A stretch of DNA of 64,000 nucleotides from Bacteroidales bacterium (GCA_017962235.1 JAGCVS010000013.1:54418-118417); one strand, 5' to 3'; shown: positions 52,603-61,737, counted from the stretch's first letter. Notes: generated by a model not told the origin, from the sequence alone. Numbers and translations: made by a program.

Positions 52603-53937
52603 CTATTTCAGATAAGAAGAGATAGAACCGGCCTTTACCCGGAACCAGTTTTTGGAATCGTCTGAGAGCAGACGGTATTCTGAATGATTGCCCCATGAGG
52701 CGGGGCGGTCGCGGATTTCCATATCCTCGCCCGTGTCGTTGGGCACATAGGGGGCCAGCAGCGTCTGCCACTGCCGGATGCGTTCCGCACTCTGAGAAAC
52801 GCCCGTCCAGGGATTGTCCACAGTAGAGAAATCGCGCAGATACTGCGTGTAGATGTCCCGGAACTCCGCCACCTGCAGGATCTTGCTTATAAGGATGCAC
52901 TCGTCTATGCCCCAGCGGTAGGGGTCCTGCCGCCCGGAGTCGTGCTGCACCCCGCAGTTGTGGGAGGTTCCCAGCGTGTTGTCGTAGTCATAGGGGAGCA
53001 TGTACACCTTGTAGTTGAACGGGTCGCGGCTGTTGAAATAGAGATAGAAGTTGTTCTTGTTGTTCCAGTAATCGTCCCAGTGCCCCAGCGCCACGTTGGC
53101 GGCGTACATCTTGAGCAGCAGGTCCACGTCGCACACGCGGGAAATCCAGTTGCGGAACGAGTCTCCCTTGAGATGCTGGAGATTGCTTATAAAGTCCTTC
53201 AGCTGGGCGGTGGCAGGCACCAGGTCGGCGGCATCGTCGCTCTTGAGGTCGTATACATACTCCTTCGAAGAATCGTCGTCCAGATGGAACAGCCGGCTGT
53301 CGGTGTCGCGCAGGTTGGCGCCCCAGTTGCACTTCCAAAGAAAGCCGTCGTCGGCGCCAAACAAGGGGCGGTTGCGCACGTACTGCCGGTCTATCGACTC
53401 CGTCATCATATACACGCCCATGTACACGGCGGGACTGTCGCCCACCCGCAGCGAAAGCCGGCACCAGGATGACTGCGGCGCCGTCCACACCCCGTATCGG
53501 GTTAGCAAATCGTAGCAGAAATGCTCGCGGATGTAGGTCGGGTCCTCCTTGGCATACTTTAGGTTGATGCGCCGTATGCCGGCCAGATTGCCGCCCTCGT
53601 TGAACTTGTGCAGGTGCAGCCCGTAGTGGACACGACGCCAGCGCACATCCCCCTGGCTGTGCTTGTCACCGGAGTGCCCCTCGGGGCGCCGGCGGGAGGT
53701 GTTGCCCCGCAGCCGCAGTCCGGCATCGGCACATTTTAAGGTGCCGCCATCGCGCTCCAGAGTTACGGTGCGGCACTTTACATATTCGTGGGTGTGATTG
53801 TCCTTGTCGTAGGCCTCCAGCAGATTGTTCCATTCGCTCTCAGAAATCGATATGGTGAGTGCGGGAAGGGCGGTGTCGTCAAAAAAGCGCTTCACCGCCG
53901 GCGATGGCGTAAGCGCATCGTCGCTAATAACAATCAA
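52603..53937 (-). CDS. CotH kinase-family protein; start uncertain, since a lipoprotein signal peptide is encoded in frame upstream without a canonical start codon
   Basis: 444 aa from TTG 53935-53937. CotH-type blocks ISISESEWNNLL, LRLRGNTSRR and INLKYAKEDPTYIREHFCYDLL. In-frame upstream codons (to 54003) read (I)TRVKLLYATILILAATSCGKD. Confidence 0.75.
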   Translation of the reverse strand: MIVISDDALTPSPAVKRFFDDTALPALTISISESEWNNLLEAYDKDNHTHEYVKCRTVTLERDGGTLKCADAGLRLRGNTSRRRPEGHSGDKHSQGDVRWRRVHYGLHLHKFNEGGNLAGIRRINLKYAKEDPTYIREHFCYDLLTRYGVWTAPQSSWCRLSLRVGDSPAVYMGVYMMTESIDRQYVRNRPLFGADDGFLWKCNWGANLRDTDSRLFHLDDDSSKEYVYDLKSDDAADLVPATAQLKDFISNLQHLKGDSFRNWISRVCDVDLLLKMYAANVALGHWDDYWNNKNNFYLYFNSRDPFNYKVYMLPYDYDNTLGTSHNCGVQHDSGRQDPYRWGIDECILISKILQVAEFRDIYTQYLRDFSTVDNPWTGVSQSAERIRQWQTLLAPYVPNDTGEDMEIRDRPASWGNHSEYRLLSDDSKNWFRVKAGSISSYLK

Positions 53938-53999
53938 ATCCTTGCCGCAGGAGGTTGCGGCAAGGATAAGAATGGTCGCATATAGTAATTTAACTCGCG

Positions 54000-55178
54000 T
54001 TATTTGCGCATTTTAGTCATGTAGAACAACAGGTACAGCACGCCAAGGGTCATTACGGCGATTGCGCCTGCCTGACTGTTCATTGCATCCGCAGCCACAC
54101 CCATAACGGGCGGGAAGATAGCGCCGCCGATAATACCCATGATAAGCAGGCCGGAAACCTCGTTCTGCTTGTCGGGCACTGCCTGCAGCGACTGTGCGAA
54201 GATGATGGAGAAGAGGTTTGAGTTGCCGATACCAGCAAGTACGATTGCGCCGTAGAGCACGGTCTTGGTCTCTCCAAAGAACATTCCTGCCATGGCTGCA
54301 ATCAGCATTAGCACGCTAACCAGGAATACCTTGCGGTGGCTTACCAGCGAGAGCAGCAGCGCGCCCAAAAGGCAGCCGGCGGTACGGCAGATAAAGTAGA
54401 GGGAGGTGGCGAAGCCGGCCTCTTCCAGAGGCATGCCTGCCCTCTCCATCAGGAGCCTGGGTGCGGTGGTGTTGATGCCGACGTCCACACCCACATGGCA
54501 GATGATGCCGATAAAGGAGAGCAGCACGAACCCGACGCCCAGCAACTTGAAGCAGTCGGCGAAAGAAGAGGTCTCGCCGGCAACCTGCTCACGCGGAATG
54601 GCGGTGATGGCAAGCAGCACTGCTGCAAGGATGCCGATGGCACCGTAGATGGGGAACAGTGCCCTCCAGCCCAGTCCGAACAGAGAAGGGGAGGCAGCTG
54701 CGCACCAGCCCATGATAAGGGGTGCCATGAAAGATGCGATGGCCTTCACAAACTGACCGAAGGTCATGGCGCTGGCCAGCTTCTTGCCGCTGATAAGGTT
54801 GGTGATAAGCGGGTTGAGGGAGGTCTGCATAATGGCGTTGCCGATACCCAGCAGAGAGAATGCTATCAGCATCACTGCCAAGCTGTTGCTGAATATGGGG
54901 AGCAGCAGGGACACCACGGTGATCACCATAGAGAGCATCACGGTGTTCTTGCGGCCAATGCGGTTCATCAGCAGACTTGTGGGGATGGAAAAAATCAGGA
55001 ACCATACAAACACCATGGAAGGGAGGATGTTGGCCATTGTGTTGCTCAGTTCGTGCTCTTTCATCACGTAACTTGAGGCGGTGCCCACCAGGTCCACGAA
55101 TCCCATCGCAAAGAAGCATAGCATCACCGGAATAATCTGTACCGGGAGGCCTTTTTTAGTTTGGACGTCGTTGCTCAT
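54000..55178 (-). CDS. MFS transporter, FHS (fucose/glucose-galactose:H+ symporter)-like
   Basis: Start placed at ATG 55176-55178 (MSNDVQTKKGLPVQIIPVMLCFFAMGFVDLVG). 12 TM segments and an MFS loop motif LMNRIGRKN. A minus-strand -7 box TATCTTTG (plus-strand caaagata, 55215-55222) lies upstream. Confidence 0.8.
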   Translation of the reverse strand: MSNDVQTKKGLPVQIIPVMLCFFAMGFVDLVGTASSYVMKEHELSNTMANILPSMVFVWFLIFSIPTSLLMNRIGRKNTVMLSMVITVVSLLLPIFSNSLAVMLIAFSLLGIGNAIMQTSLNPLITNLISGKKLASAMTFGQFVKAIASFMAPLIMGWCAAASPSLFGLGWRALFPIYGAIGILAAVLLAITAIPREQVAGETSSFADCFKLLGVGFVLLSFIGIICHVGVDVGINTTAPRLLMERAGMPLEEAGFATSLYFICRTAGCLLGALLLSLVSHRKVFLVSVLMLIAAMAGMFFGETKTVLYGAIVLAGIGNSNLFSIIFAQSLQAVPDKQNEVSGLLIMGIIGGAIFPPVMGVAADAMNSQAGAIAVMTLGVLYLLFYMTKMRK

Positions 55179-55243
55179 GTCTTTATTGTTAATGATTATA
55201 TGCGTATTGGTTCTCAAAGATAGAAAAAAAAGACAGGAAATGA

Positions 55244-55251
55244 TATCTTTG
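55244..55251 (+). promoter_or_regulatory. Candidate -7 promoter box (TATCTTTG) for the glycyl radical enzyme gene
   Basis: Matches TAnnTTTG and ends 4 nt before the first ATG (55256). This implies translation more likely starts at Met11 (55286). Confidence 0.4.
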
Positions 55252-55255
55252 TAAC

Positions 55256-57520
55256 ATGAAACAGAATACGCACACCGGCGGGAAGATGTCCCGTGCCGAT
55301 TTTTTGAAATACTCTACATACGGGCTCGGAGGGTTGTTCCTAGGTCTCAAGGTGTCGGAGCTGGATGCAGCTGAGAGCAGTCCGGCGCCCCGTACGGCGG
55401 CAAAAGAGCTGTACGAGAGCTGGAAGTCTCCATGGCAGCCGGAGGTACCGCAGCGCCTTAGCAAGATTACGCACGAGCTGGCGTGGAAGGGACTTTCCGG
55501 AGAGAACGGCCGCACCATGAAAATGGTGGACTGGAACCCGCAGATAGACCCCGCCCTGCCGCCGCAGATGAAATATGCCGCCGCAGCCAAGAGCATTGCA
55601 GAGAACGCCCCGCTGCGCATCCTCCCCGGCGAGCTGATAGTTGGCTCCGCAACCCTGCTGGAGGCCATGCACGAGAGGATTCCCATTCTGTTATCCCAAA
55701 GCGTGACCCATACAACACTCGATTTTGAGCGCATCCTCCCACTGGGCTATAACGGCCTCAGGAAGCAGATACGCGAGCGTCTGGCAGCCGGTACCCTGGA
55801 TGAGAAAGGTCGCGAACTGAACGAAGCGGCTTTGCTCACCCTGGATGCAGCCGATATCTGGCAGCAGCGCAACATCGCCCTGCTGGAGCAGATGATGGGC
55901 GGGCAGCCGGCAGAAGGCAAGGCCTTTTACCAGACCATCATAGATACCCTCAAACGCGTCCCGGACGAGGCGCCGCGCTCTTTCCGCGAGGCGGTGCAGT
56001 CACTCTGGAGCATGTATGCCTTCCTCCGCCTGATGGGTGACTGGTCCGGCATAGGCCGCATAGACCGCATGCTGGGTCCCTACCTCAAGGAAGACCTCCG
56101 CAAAGGGGTGCTAACCCTGGACGAGGCCCGCGAAATCCTGGCTCACTTCTGGATCAAGGGCACCGAGTGGATTGGCGGTTTTTACGTGAACAGCGGCGAT
56201 GCCCAGTTCTACCAGAACATAATCCTGGGCGGCATAGACAAAGACGGCAAGGAGGTTACCAATGAAGTGACCTATCTGGTGCTGGATATAGTAGAAGAGC
56301 TGCATATCAGCGACTTCCCTATAGCTGTCCGCCTCGGCGACAAGACCCCGGAGAAACTTATCCGCAGGATTGCGGAGGTGCAGCGCTTTGGCGGCGGCAT
56401 AGTCTCCGTATACAGCGAGAACATCGTGATAGAGGGTCTGGTGAAATTCGGCTATCCTCTGGAAGAGGCGCGCGAATTCACCAACGACGGCTGCTGGGAG
56501 GCAATCATCCCCGGCAAGACCGCTTTCACATACGCCGCCAACGATATGCTGGAGGTGTTTGGCAAGACCCTCCATCTGAACGATGAAACTCCGGTGGATT
56601 TCCCCGACTTTGAGAGCCTCTACGCCGCATTCAAGAAGAACCTTGAAGCCGATGTGGATGTATGGCAGGGGATAATAGACCCCTGGTGGAAGGATGTGGA
56701 CGCACCCTGCACGCTGCCCTCCATCTTCACCTACGGCTGTCTGGAGAAGGGACGCTGCTTCCGCGGCGGCGGTCCCAAATACAACATGATAGGCATCCAC
56801 TACGGCGGCGTTTCCGATACCGCCAACAGCCTGCTGGTGCTCAAGAAGCTCGTATATGAAGAGGGCTACCTGTCGCTGGGCGACTTTGTGGGCATCCTCC
56901 GCAAGAACTGGGAGGGGAACGAAGGGCTCCGCCAGCTCATCCGCACCCGCTTCACCTTCTACGGCAACGACGATGCTGCCGCAGACGCCATGATGAACCG
57001 CGTTTACAACGATTACACAGAAATCGTGGGCCGCTGCAAAGACCGTGAAGGGGTCAAGAGGCCGTGCGGCATATCCACCTTTGGCCGTGAGATTGACTGG
57101 CGCATGCAGCGCCGCGCTACCCCGGAGGGGAGCCGCATAGGCGATATCCTGGCCACCAACTGCTCTCCCACACCCGGCAGCGACCGCAAGGGCCCCACAT
57201 CGGCCCTGAACTCATACTGCAAGCTGGATTTCACCCGCTGCCCCAGCGGCGCGACCCTGGAGCTCAAGGTGCTGCCCTCTTCCGTGAAAGGGGAGAACGG
57301 CGTAAAGGCGCTCATGGGCCTGCTCAAGACCTTCCGCGAGAAGAAGGGATTCTACATGCACGTGGACGTGGTGGACACCGCCACCCTGATAGACGCGCAG
57401 CGCAATCCGGAGAAGTACCCCAACCTGCCGGTACGTGTGGCGGGCTGGAGCGCACGCTTCACCACACTGTGCAAGGAGTGGCAGGATATGATTATCCAGC
57501 GCACCCAGCAAATCTGCTAA
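55256..57520 (+). CDS. Glycyl radical enzyme, PFL2/dehydratase-lyase clade, unknown substrate (alternative start 55286)
   Basis: 754 aa. Glycyl radical motif RVAGWS (Gly730, nt 57443-57445). Thiyl loop NDGCWE (Cys413, nt 56492-56494, Cys-x-Glu). N-terminus MSRADFLKYSTYGLGGLFLGL resembles a Tat leader. Confidence 0.9.
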   Translation: MKQNTHTGGKMSRADFLKYSTYGLGGLFLGLKVSELDAAESSPAPRTAAKELYESWKSPWQPEVPQRLSKITHELAWKGLSGENGRTMKMVDWNPQIDPALPPQMKYAAAAKSIAENAPLRILPGELIVGSATLLEAMHERIPILLSQSVTHTTLDFERILPLGYNGLRKQIRERLAAGTLDEKGRELNEAALLTLDAADIWQQRNIALLEQMMGGQPAEGKAFYQTIIDTLKRVPDEAPRSFREAVQSLWSMYAFLRLMGDWSGIGRIDRMLGPYLKEDLRKGVLTLDEAREILAHFWIKGTEWIGGFYVNSGDAQFYQNIILGGIDKDGKEVTNEVTYLVLDIVEELHISDFPIAVRLGDKTPEKLIRRIAEVQRFGGGIVSVYSENIVIEGLVKFGYPLEEAREFTNDGCWEAIIPGKTAFTYAANDMLEVFGKTLHLNDETPVDFPDFESLYAAFKKNLEADVDVWQGIIDPWWKDVDAPCTLPSIFTYGCLEKGRCFRGGGPKYNMIGIHYGGVSDTANSLLVLKKLVYEEGYLSLGDFVGILRKNWEGNEGLRQLIRTRFTFYGNDDAAADAMMNRVYNDYTEIVGRCKDREGVKRPCGISTFGREIDWRMQRRATPEGSRIGDILATNCSPTPGSDRKGPTSALNSYCKLDFTRCPSGATLELKVLPSSVKGENGVKALMGLLKTFREKKGFYMHVDVVDTATLIDAQRNPEKYPNLPVRVAGWSARFTTLCKEWQDMIIQRTQQIC

Positions 57521-57527
57521 AACGATT

Positions 57528-58400
57528 CTAAGCTATACCGATTCTGCGGGCAAAGGCCTCCGTTTCTGAGGCGCTTGGCTCGCGGAATCTTTTTTCTGCC
57601 AGCCCCAGCTTCTCCCGCTTGGCGTTGCCCAGAAGATGATACGGGATTACCTCCGCGCTGTACTGCGGATACTTCTGAAGTAGGGCGGCGGTGGATTCTG
57701 CGATGCCATCTGTGCAGTGGATTTCCGGTACGAAAAGCACGCGGAATCGGATCTGTGCGCCGGTGGCGGCCACGGCGTTGAGGTTATCCAGCATGGTGTC
57801 CAGGTCGCCGCCCGTGTACTGCCTATACAGAGTCGGCTCCATCAGCTTGATGTCCCATAGCCAGAGGTTCACGTAGGGGGCCGCGGCCAGAAAATCCTCT
57901 TTGCGGCCGTTGCCGGAGGTCTCCACGGCGGTGTGCAGTCCGCGCTCAGTGGCCTGTCGCAGCAGTTCCCGGCAGAAGGGCGGCTGCGCCATAGGCTCGC
58001 CGCCGGAGAGCGTCATCCCGCCGCCGGAATTGCGGTAATACGCCTCGTCCTGCATCACCTCTTCCAGAATCTCATCTGTGCCGACGCGGCGGCCCGCCAC
58101 CTCCAGGCAGAGGGTGGGGCAGGCGTCGGCGCACAGCCGGCAACCGGGCGGGCAGGTGGCCTTCCGTGCACCGGCATCGGCCAGAATCGTCTTGGGAGAA
58201 CCCTTGCCGCAGGTGGCATCGCACGCCCCGCAGCCTATGCAGCGCTGTGTGTTCAGCAGAATCTCAGGGGCGAAACACTGCGATTCTGGGTTGTGACACC
58301 ACTCGCAAAGCAGGGTGCACCCCTTCAGGAACACCGTGGTGCGTATCCCCGGCCCGTCCCCGGTACAAAAATGCTGAATGTCAAAAATCCCGCCTTCCAT
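57528..58400 (-). CDS. Glycyl-radical enzyme activating protein (radical SAM)
   Basis: 290 aa. CTLLCEWC (CxxxCxxC) radical-SAM cluster site preceded by GDGPGIRTTVFLKGC. Two ferredoxin-like cysteine clusters, CIGCGACDATC and CRLCADACP. Confidence 0.9.
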   Translation of the reverse strand: MEGGIFDIQHFCTGDGPGIRTTVFLKGCTLLCEWCHNPESQCFAPEILLNTQRCIGCGACDATCGKGSPKTILADAGARKATCPPGCRLCADACPTLCLEVAGRRVGTDEILEEVMQDEAYYRNSGGGMTLSGGEPMAQPPFCRELLRQATERGLHTAVETSGNGRKEDFLAAAPYVNLWLWDIKLMEPTLYRQYTGGDLDTMLDNLNAVAATGAQIRFRVLFVPEIHCTDGIAESTAALLQKYPQYSAEVIPYHLLGNAKREKLGLAEKRFREPSASETEAFARRIGIA

Positions 58401-58407
58401 GCAGTGT

Positions 58408-61400
58408 TTACCGGTGTCTGGGGGAGAAACCGCCGGCGGTTACGCCAAAGAGGCCGCCGCTGTTGTAGGTGGCCAGCATCTTGCGTTTCTGGATGCGGCC
58501 TGCCTGATGAATCTCGTCTGTGAGCTTAAATACGCCGTTGAAGTCGGTAGAGCGGCTCTTGATATTGCGCTGGTGGAGGTTGCCCGCACCATCGCGGACC
58601 CATCCGCCGTGCTTCTGGCTCTCTGTTGTCTCAATCAGCTTGCCCTGCCGTGCCTTCATGGCGATATCCAGCGGCTTTGCAATCTTGAGCGCCTTGCCCA
58701 GTTCGCCGTATCCGGCATAATCCAGAGTGGTTTCTATGACACCTTTTATGGACAGATTGGAATTGATGTGGCCCAGCACATTATCCAGGAAGCCCTTGAT
58801 TGCTCCTGCATCCGGTCCGGTGGTCTTAACAGGTTTGCCGGTAATCTGGCTTTCATAATCGGCCCATACTTTCTCCAAATACTTGGTTTCGGTGTCCAGG
58901 TCCATACCCAGTTGGCCGTCTACCAGGCCGATGCGGAGAGTGCCGGAGGGCAGGTTGATGTCAAGCGTAAGGTCGCTGAGTCCGCCGATGGCGTTCTGGG
59001 GGAACTCTTTCTCGTCGCGGGCGTCAAATTTTGCCTGATAATACTCATTTGCAGCCGCATTTGCATCGTGCCATGCTTCATTCTTTATCTGCGCTTCTGC
59101 CTTGAGAATATTCTGCCGGGTCTGCCAGAGGCTTTCTCCTTCACGGGCCTTGGATGAAAAAGTGGCACAGTATTCCCCGTATATGTCGGAGAGGGTGCGG
59201 AACCAGAAGAACTTTGCAATAATGGGGTCATGGCAGTATAGAGCAAGCCTGGATACATCTGCCCACCACTCTACCAGAATGGGCCGCATGGTATTATTGT
59301 AGTAATCCATATAGTGGGTCTCCTCTTCCGTGGCCTGCGGAACGGAGATATTATCCAGCACCTCGGTGGGTTGTGTCACGCTGGTAAGGATGCGATAGGG
59401 GCGGAGAATCCTCCTTTCAGCCCTTGCATATGCAGAATCGGATGCGTTGGGGTGGTCATTGCACCATTTGTCTAATTCATTGGCGCACTTCTTGGCTAAT
59501 GCCGTGCCCTCTTTCTCGTGGCGCTTTTGCATGGCCTCGCCAATATCATTGAACTTTTTATGGGTAGCCACATCTGCAGATATCCACGATTTCCAGCCGG
59601 AGCAGAGCACGCCGTGGAAGGTATTCGTCTCCTCGTCGTAATCGCCAAAACCGTTGGATATGGCGTCCAGACGGTACTTGTAATAGCGCTCCAGCGCCCA
59701 AAGGCACCAGAATGCGCGGTCGTCCGGGATATAGAAGCCGTCCACACCATACTTCATTCCCAGAACTGAGGTAAACTTGGCATATCCGTCTTTAGCTAAA
59801 GATTCCAGGCCGGCGGGGAGGCTCATATTTGCCGCTGTCGCCCGTGCGCGCGCGTTCCCGCTCACGCTGGGGAGAGCCCGGGCCGTTTCGTAGATTTTAT
59901 CTGCATTGCCCGGCAGGCCGCTGAGTCCCATGGCCATAATCAGCCCCACGCTGAAAGAACCGTCCTGGGCCGCCTCTGCCTTATTCCATGCTGCTTCGCT
60001 TTTATTTGCATACTGCTCTGCCAGATTCTTGTTCAGCCGCCAGCTACTTTCCAGATTACCGGCGCCGGTAGCCAGGAAGTCGGCCTTCTCGCTCTCGAAT
60101 TTCTCCGTACGGCTCCAGGTGATGCCCTTGCGGAGGTTGTCCAGATTCTCTTTGGTGAACACAGATTCCACCAGATTCAAGAAGTCACCGTCGCGCTCTG
60201 AGGCGGCCAGTTCCGCCGCGTCAAGCTCTGCAAGCAGTGAGCTGAGCAGCAGCGCTGAATTCTCGTCAAAATAGCCATAAGCGAGCGATTGGAACAGATA
60301 GTCGGCCGCCTTGAAGGGGCTGTCGTTCTTATCCTCCAGCATAGCCCGGTAAAGCCATGCGCGGCCGTCCTGCAGGCCGTTCGGGGTCATCTCCAGAATC
60401 TTGGGAACAATCTTGCGGGCCTTTTCCACGTTGCCCATGTCCAGATGGCACTCGATCTGCCCGTACAGGGCGTCGGCATAGTCGGGCTGATATTCTGAGG
60501 ATTTCTCAAAATACTCCAGCGCATATTTGGGGTCGCCCAGCTCCAGCAGCAACGTGCCGGTGGTGTTCAGCATGGTGGGGTGGGGATACACGCTGCAGCG
60601 GGCAATGGCGCTCTCTGCCAGTTCGCCCGTCACGGCGCCGGTGAAAATTGCCCAGCCCACGCTGTCGGCGTAGTTGACCACATCGCGCTGTACCTGTTCT
60701 GCAGTCTTGCCCTTGCACTGTGCGAGAAACTGCTCCAGCGCCAGTTTTACGCCCTCCTGGGTGATATTCTTGTCTGTGCGTAACTTCTTTTGCTGCTTTG
60801 CCGGCTTCATGGCCGATGCCAGCACGGGGGCGCTGACGCTCTGCCGGCCGGTGATGGCGATATTCTGCATAGCACTGCCGCAGGCAAGTTCTTCCTGCGT
60901 GCCGGTGTCGGTCCAGGGCTTGGAACATTTGGGCGGAGCGGGGTAGAGCGACTTCTTTACCTGTCCAGCTTTGCTCTTTGCGGCCCCCATGCCCATCTGG
61001 CTCATAGCCATGTTTACCAGATCGTCTACACTCATCCCTTCCGGGAGTTCCTGCCCCTTCATGCTTTCGCGGATCTGCTTCTCCATTGCAGAGCGGTCTA
61101 TTCCGGCCATAGCCATGGGGTCCGTGTTGCCAACTCCCATGCCGGGCACTGACCCTGCCGAACCCTCCTTCCAGTCGTTGCCAACGCAGAAGAACATGTT
61201 ATTTGGGATAAAAGTGCTGAAAGATATCAGACTCATAGGGCCGAGGTCCTCGCCGTCGGAAGCACCCAGGTCAATGATGGAAACCTTGTCTGAGTTGTAG
61301 TAGAAGGTTATGGTATTGCCATCGGCGGTGTACTCGTCAAAGTACCAGCCCTCTTCTCCGTTGATATTGCAAGTGCCCTGGCGCACAAATTTCAGGCGGT

Positions 61401-61737
61401 CAAAAGATGGTGCGCCGCTGCCGCCGGGCCGTGCCGACCAGGTCTTGGAGGCCTCGTCCAGCATATAGGTGGCCTGCGGAGTGGTGAGCGTGACGCCGTC
61501 CATCATCTGCGTATGGGTGCGGCTCATGGACACTCCGCCGCGGCTTGCAACCTCCACGGAAATCTGCATCTTGTCCCGCTGAAGGTCGGTGTCGGAGATG
61601 GACTGAACGGAGCTGAGCTTCATGTAAAACTTGCCACCCTCCATGGCCTTGACCAGCGTGGTGGAGACGTATGCTCCCTGAGCAAAAGCGGCGGCGCCCG
61701 AAAGGAGCGCAGCCGCTATTATCATAATTCGTTTCAT
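58408..61737 (-). CDS. Large secreted hypothetical protein (1109 aa) with a central TPR-like region
   Basis: Signal peptide MKRIMIIAAALLSGAAAFAQG. TPR-like helices around LELGDPKYALEYFEKSSEYQPDYADALYGQIECHLDMGNVEKARKI. No catalytic motif or known family recognised. Confidence 0.7.
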   Translation of the reverse strand: MKRIMIIAAALLSGAAAFAQGAYVSTTLVKAMEGGKFYMKLSSVQSISDTDLQRDKMQISVEVASRGGVSMSRTHTQMMDGVTLTTPQATYMLDEASKTWSARPGGSGAPSFDRLKFVRQGTCNINGEEGWYFDEYTADGNTITFYYNSDKVSIIDLGASDGEDLGPMSLISFSTFIPNNMFFCVGNDWKEGSAGSVPGMGVGNTDPMAMAGIDRSAMEKQIRESMKGQELPEGMSVDDLVNMAMSQMGMGAAKSKAGQVKKSLYPAPPKCSKPWTDTGTQEELACGSAMQNIAITGRQSVSAPVLASAMKPAKQQKKLRTDKNITQEGVKLALEQFLAQCKGKTAEQVQRDVVNYADSVGWAIFTGAVTGELAESAIARCSVYPHPTMLNTTGTLLLELGDPKYALEYFEKSSEYQPDYADALYGQIECHLDMGNVEKARKIVPKILEMTPNGLQDGRAWLYRAMLEDKNDSPFKAADYLFQSLAYGYFDENSALLLSSLLAELDAAELAASERDGDFLNLVESVFTKENLDNLRKGITWSRTEKFESEKADFLATGAGNLESSWRLNKNLAEQYANKSEAAWNKAEAAQDGSFSVGLIMAMGLSGLPGNADKIYETARALPSVSGNARARATAANMSLPAGLESLAKDGYAKFTSVLGMKYGVDGFYIPDDRAFWCLWALERYYKYRLDAISNGFGDYDEETNTFHGVLCSGWKSWISADVATHKKFNDIGEAMQKRHEKEGTALAKKCANELDKWCNDHPNASDSAYARAERRILRPYRILTSVTQPTEVLDNISVPQATEEETHYMDYYNNTMRPILVEWWADVSRLALYCHDPIIAKFFWFRTLSDIYGEYCATFSSKAREGESLWQTRQNILKAEAQIKNEAWHDANAAANEYYQAKFDARDEKEFPQNAIGGLSDLTLDINLPSGTLRIGLVDGQLGMDLDTETKYLEKVWADYESQITGKPVKTTGPDAGAIKGFLDNVLGHINSNLSIKGVIETTLDYAGYGELGKALKIAKPLDIAMKARQGKLIETTESQKHGGWVRDGAGNLHQRNIKSRSTDFNGVFKLTDEIHQAGRIQKRKMLATYNSGGLFGVTAGGFSPRHR

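Noticed and set aside
55286-55380. Sec or lipoprotein signal peptide on the GRE
   Set aside because: There is no lipobox cysteine and the hydrophobic core is weak and Gly-rich. Only the Tat-like S-R-x-x-F-L-K layout is notable, and it is reported as a finding with caveats.
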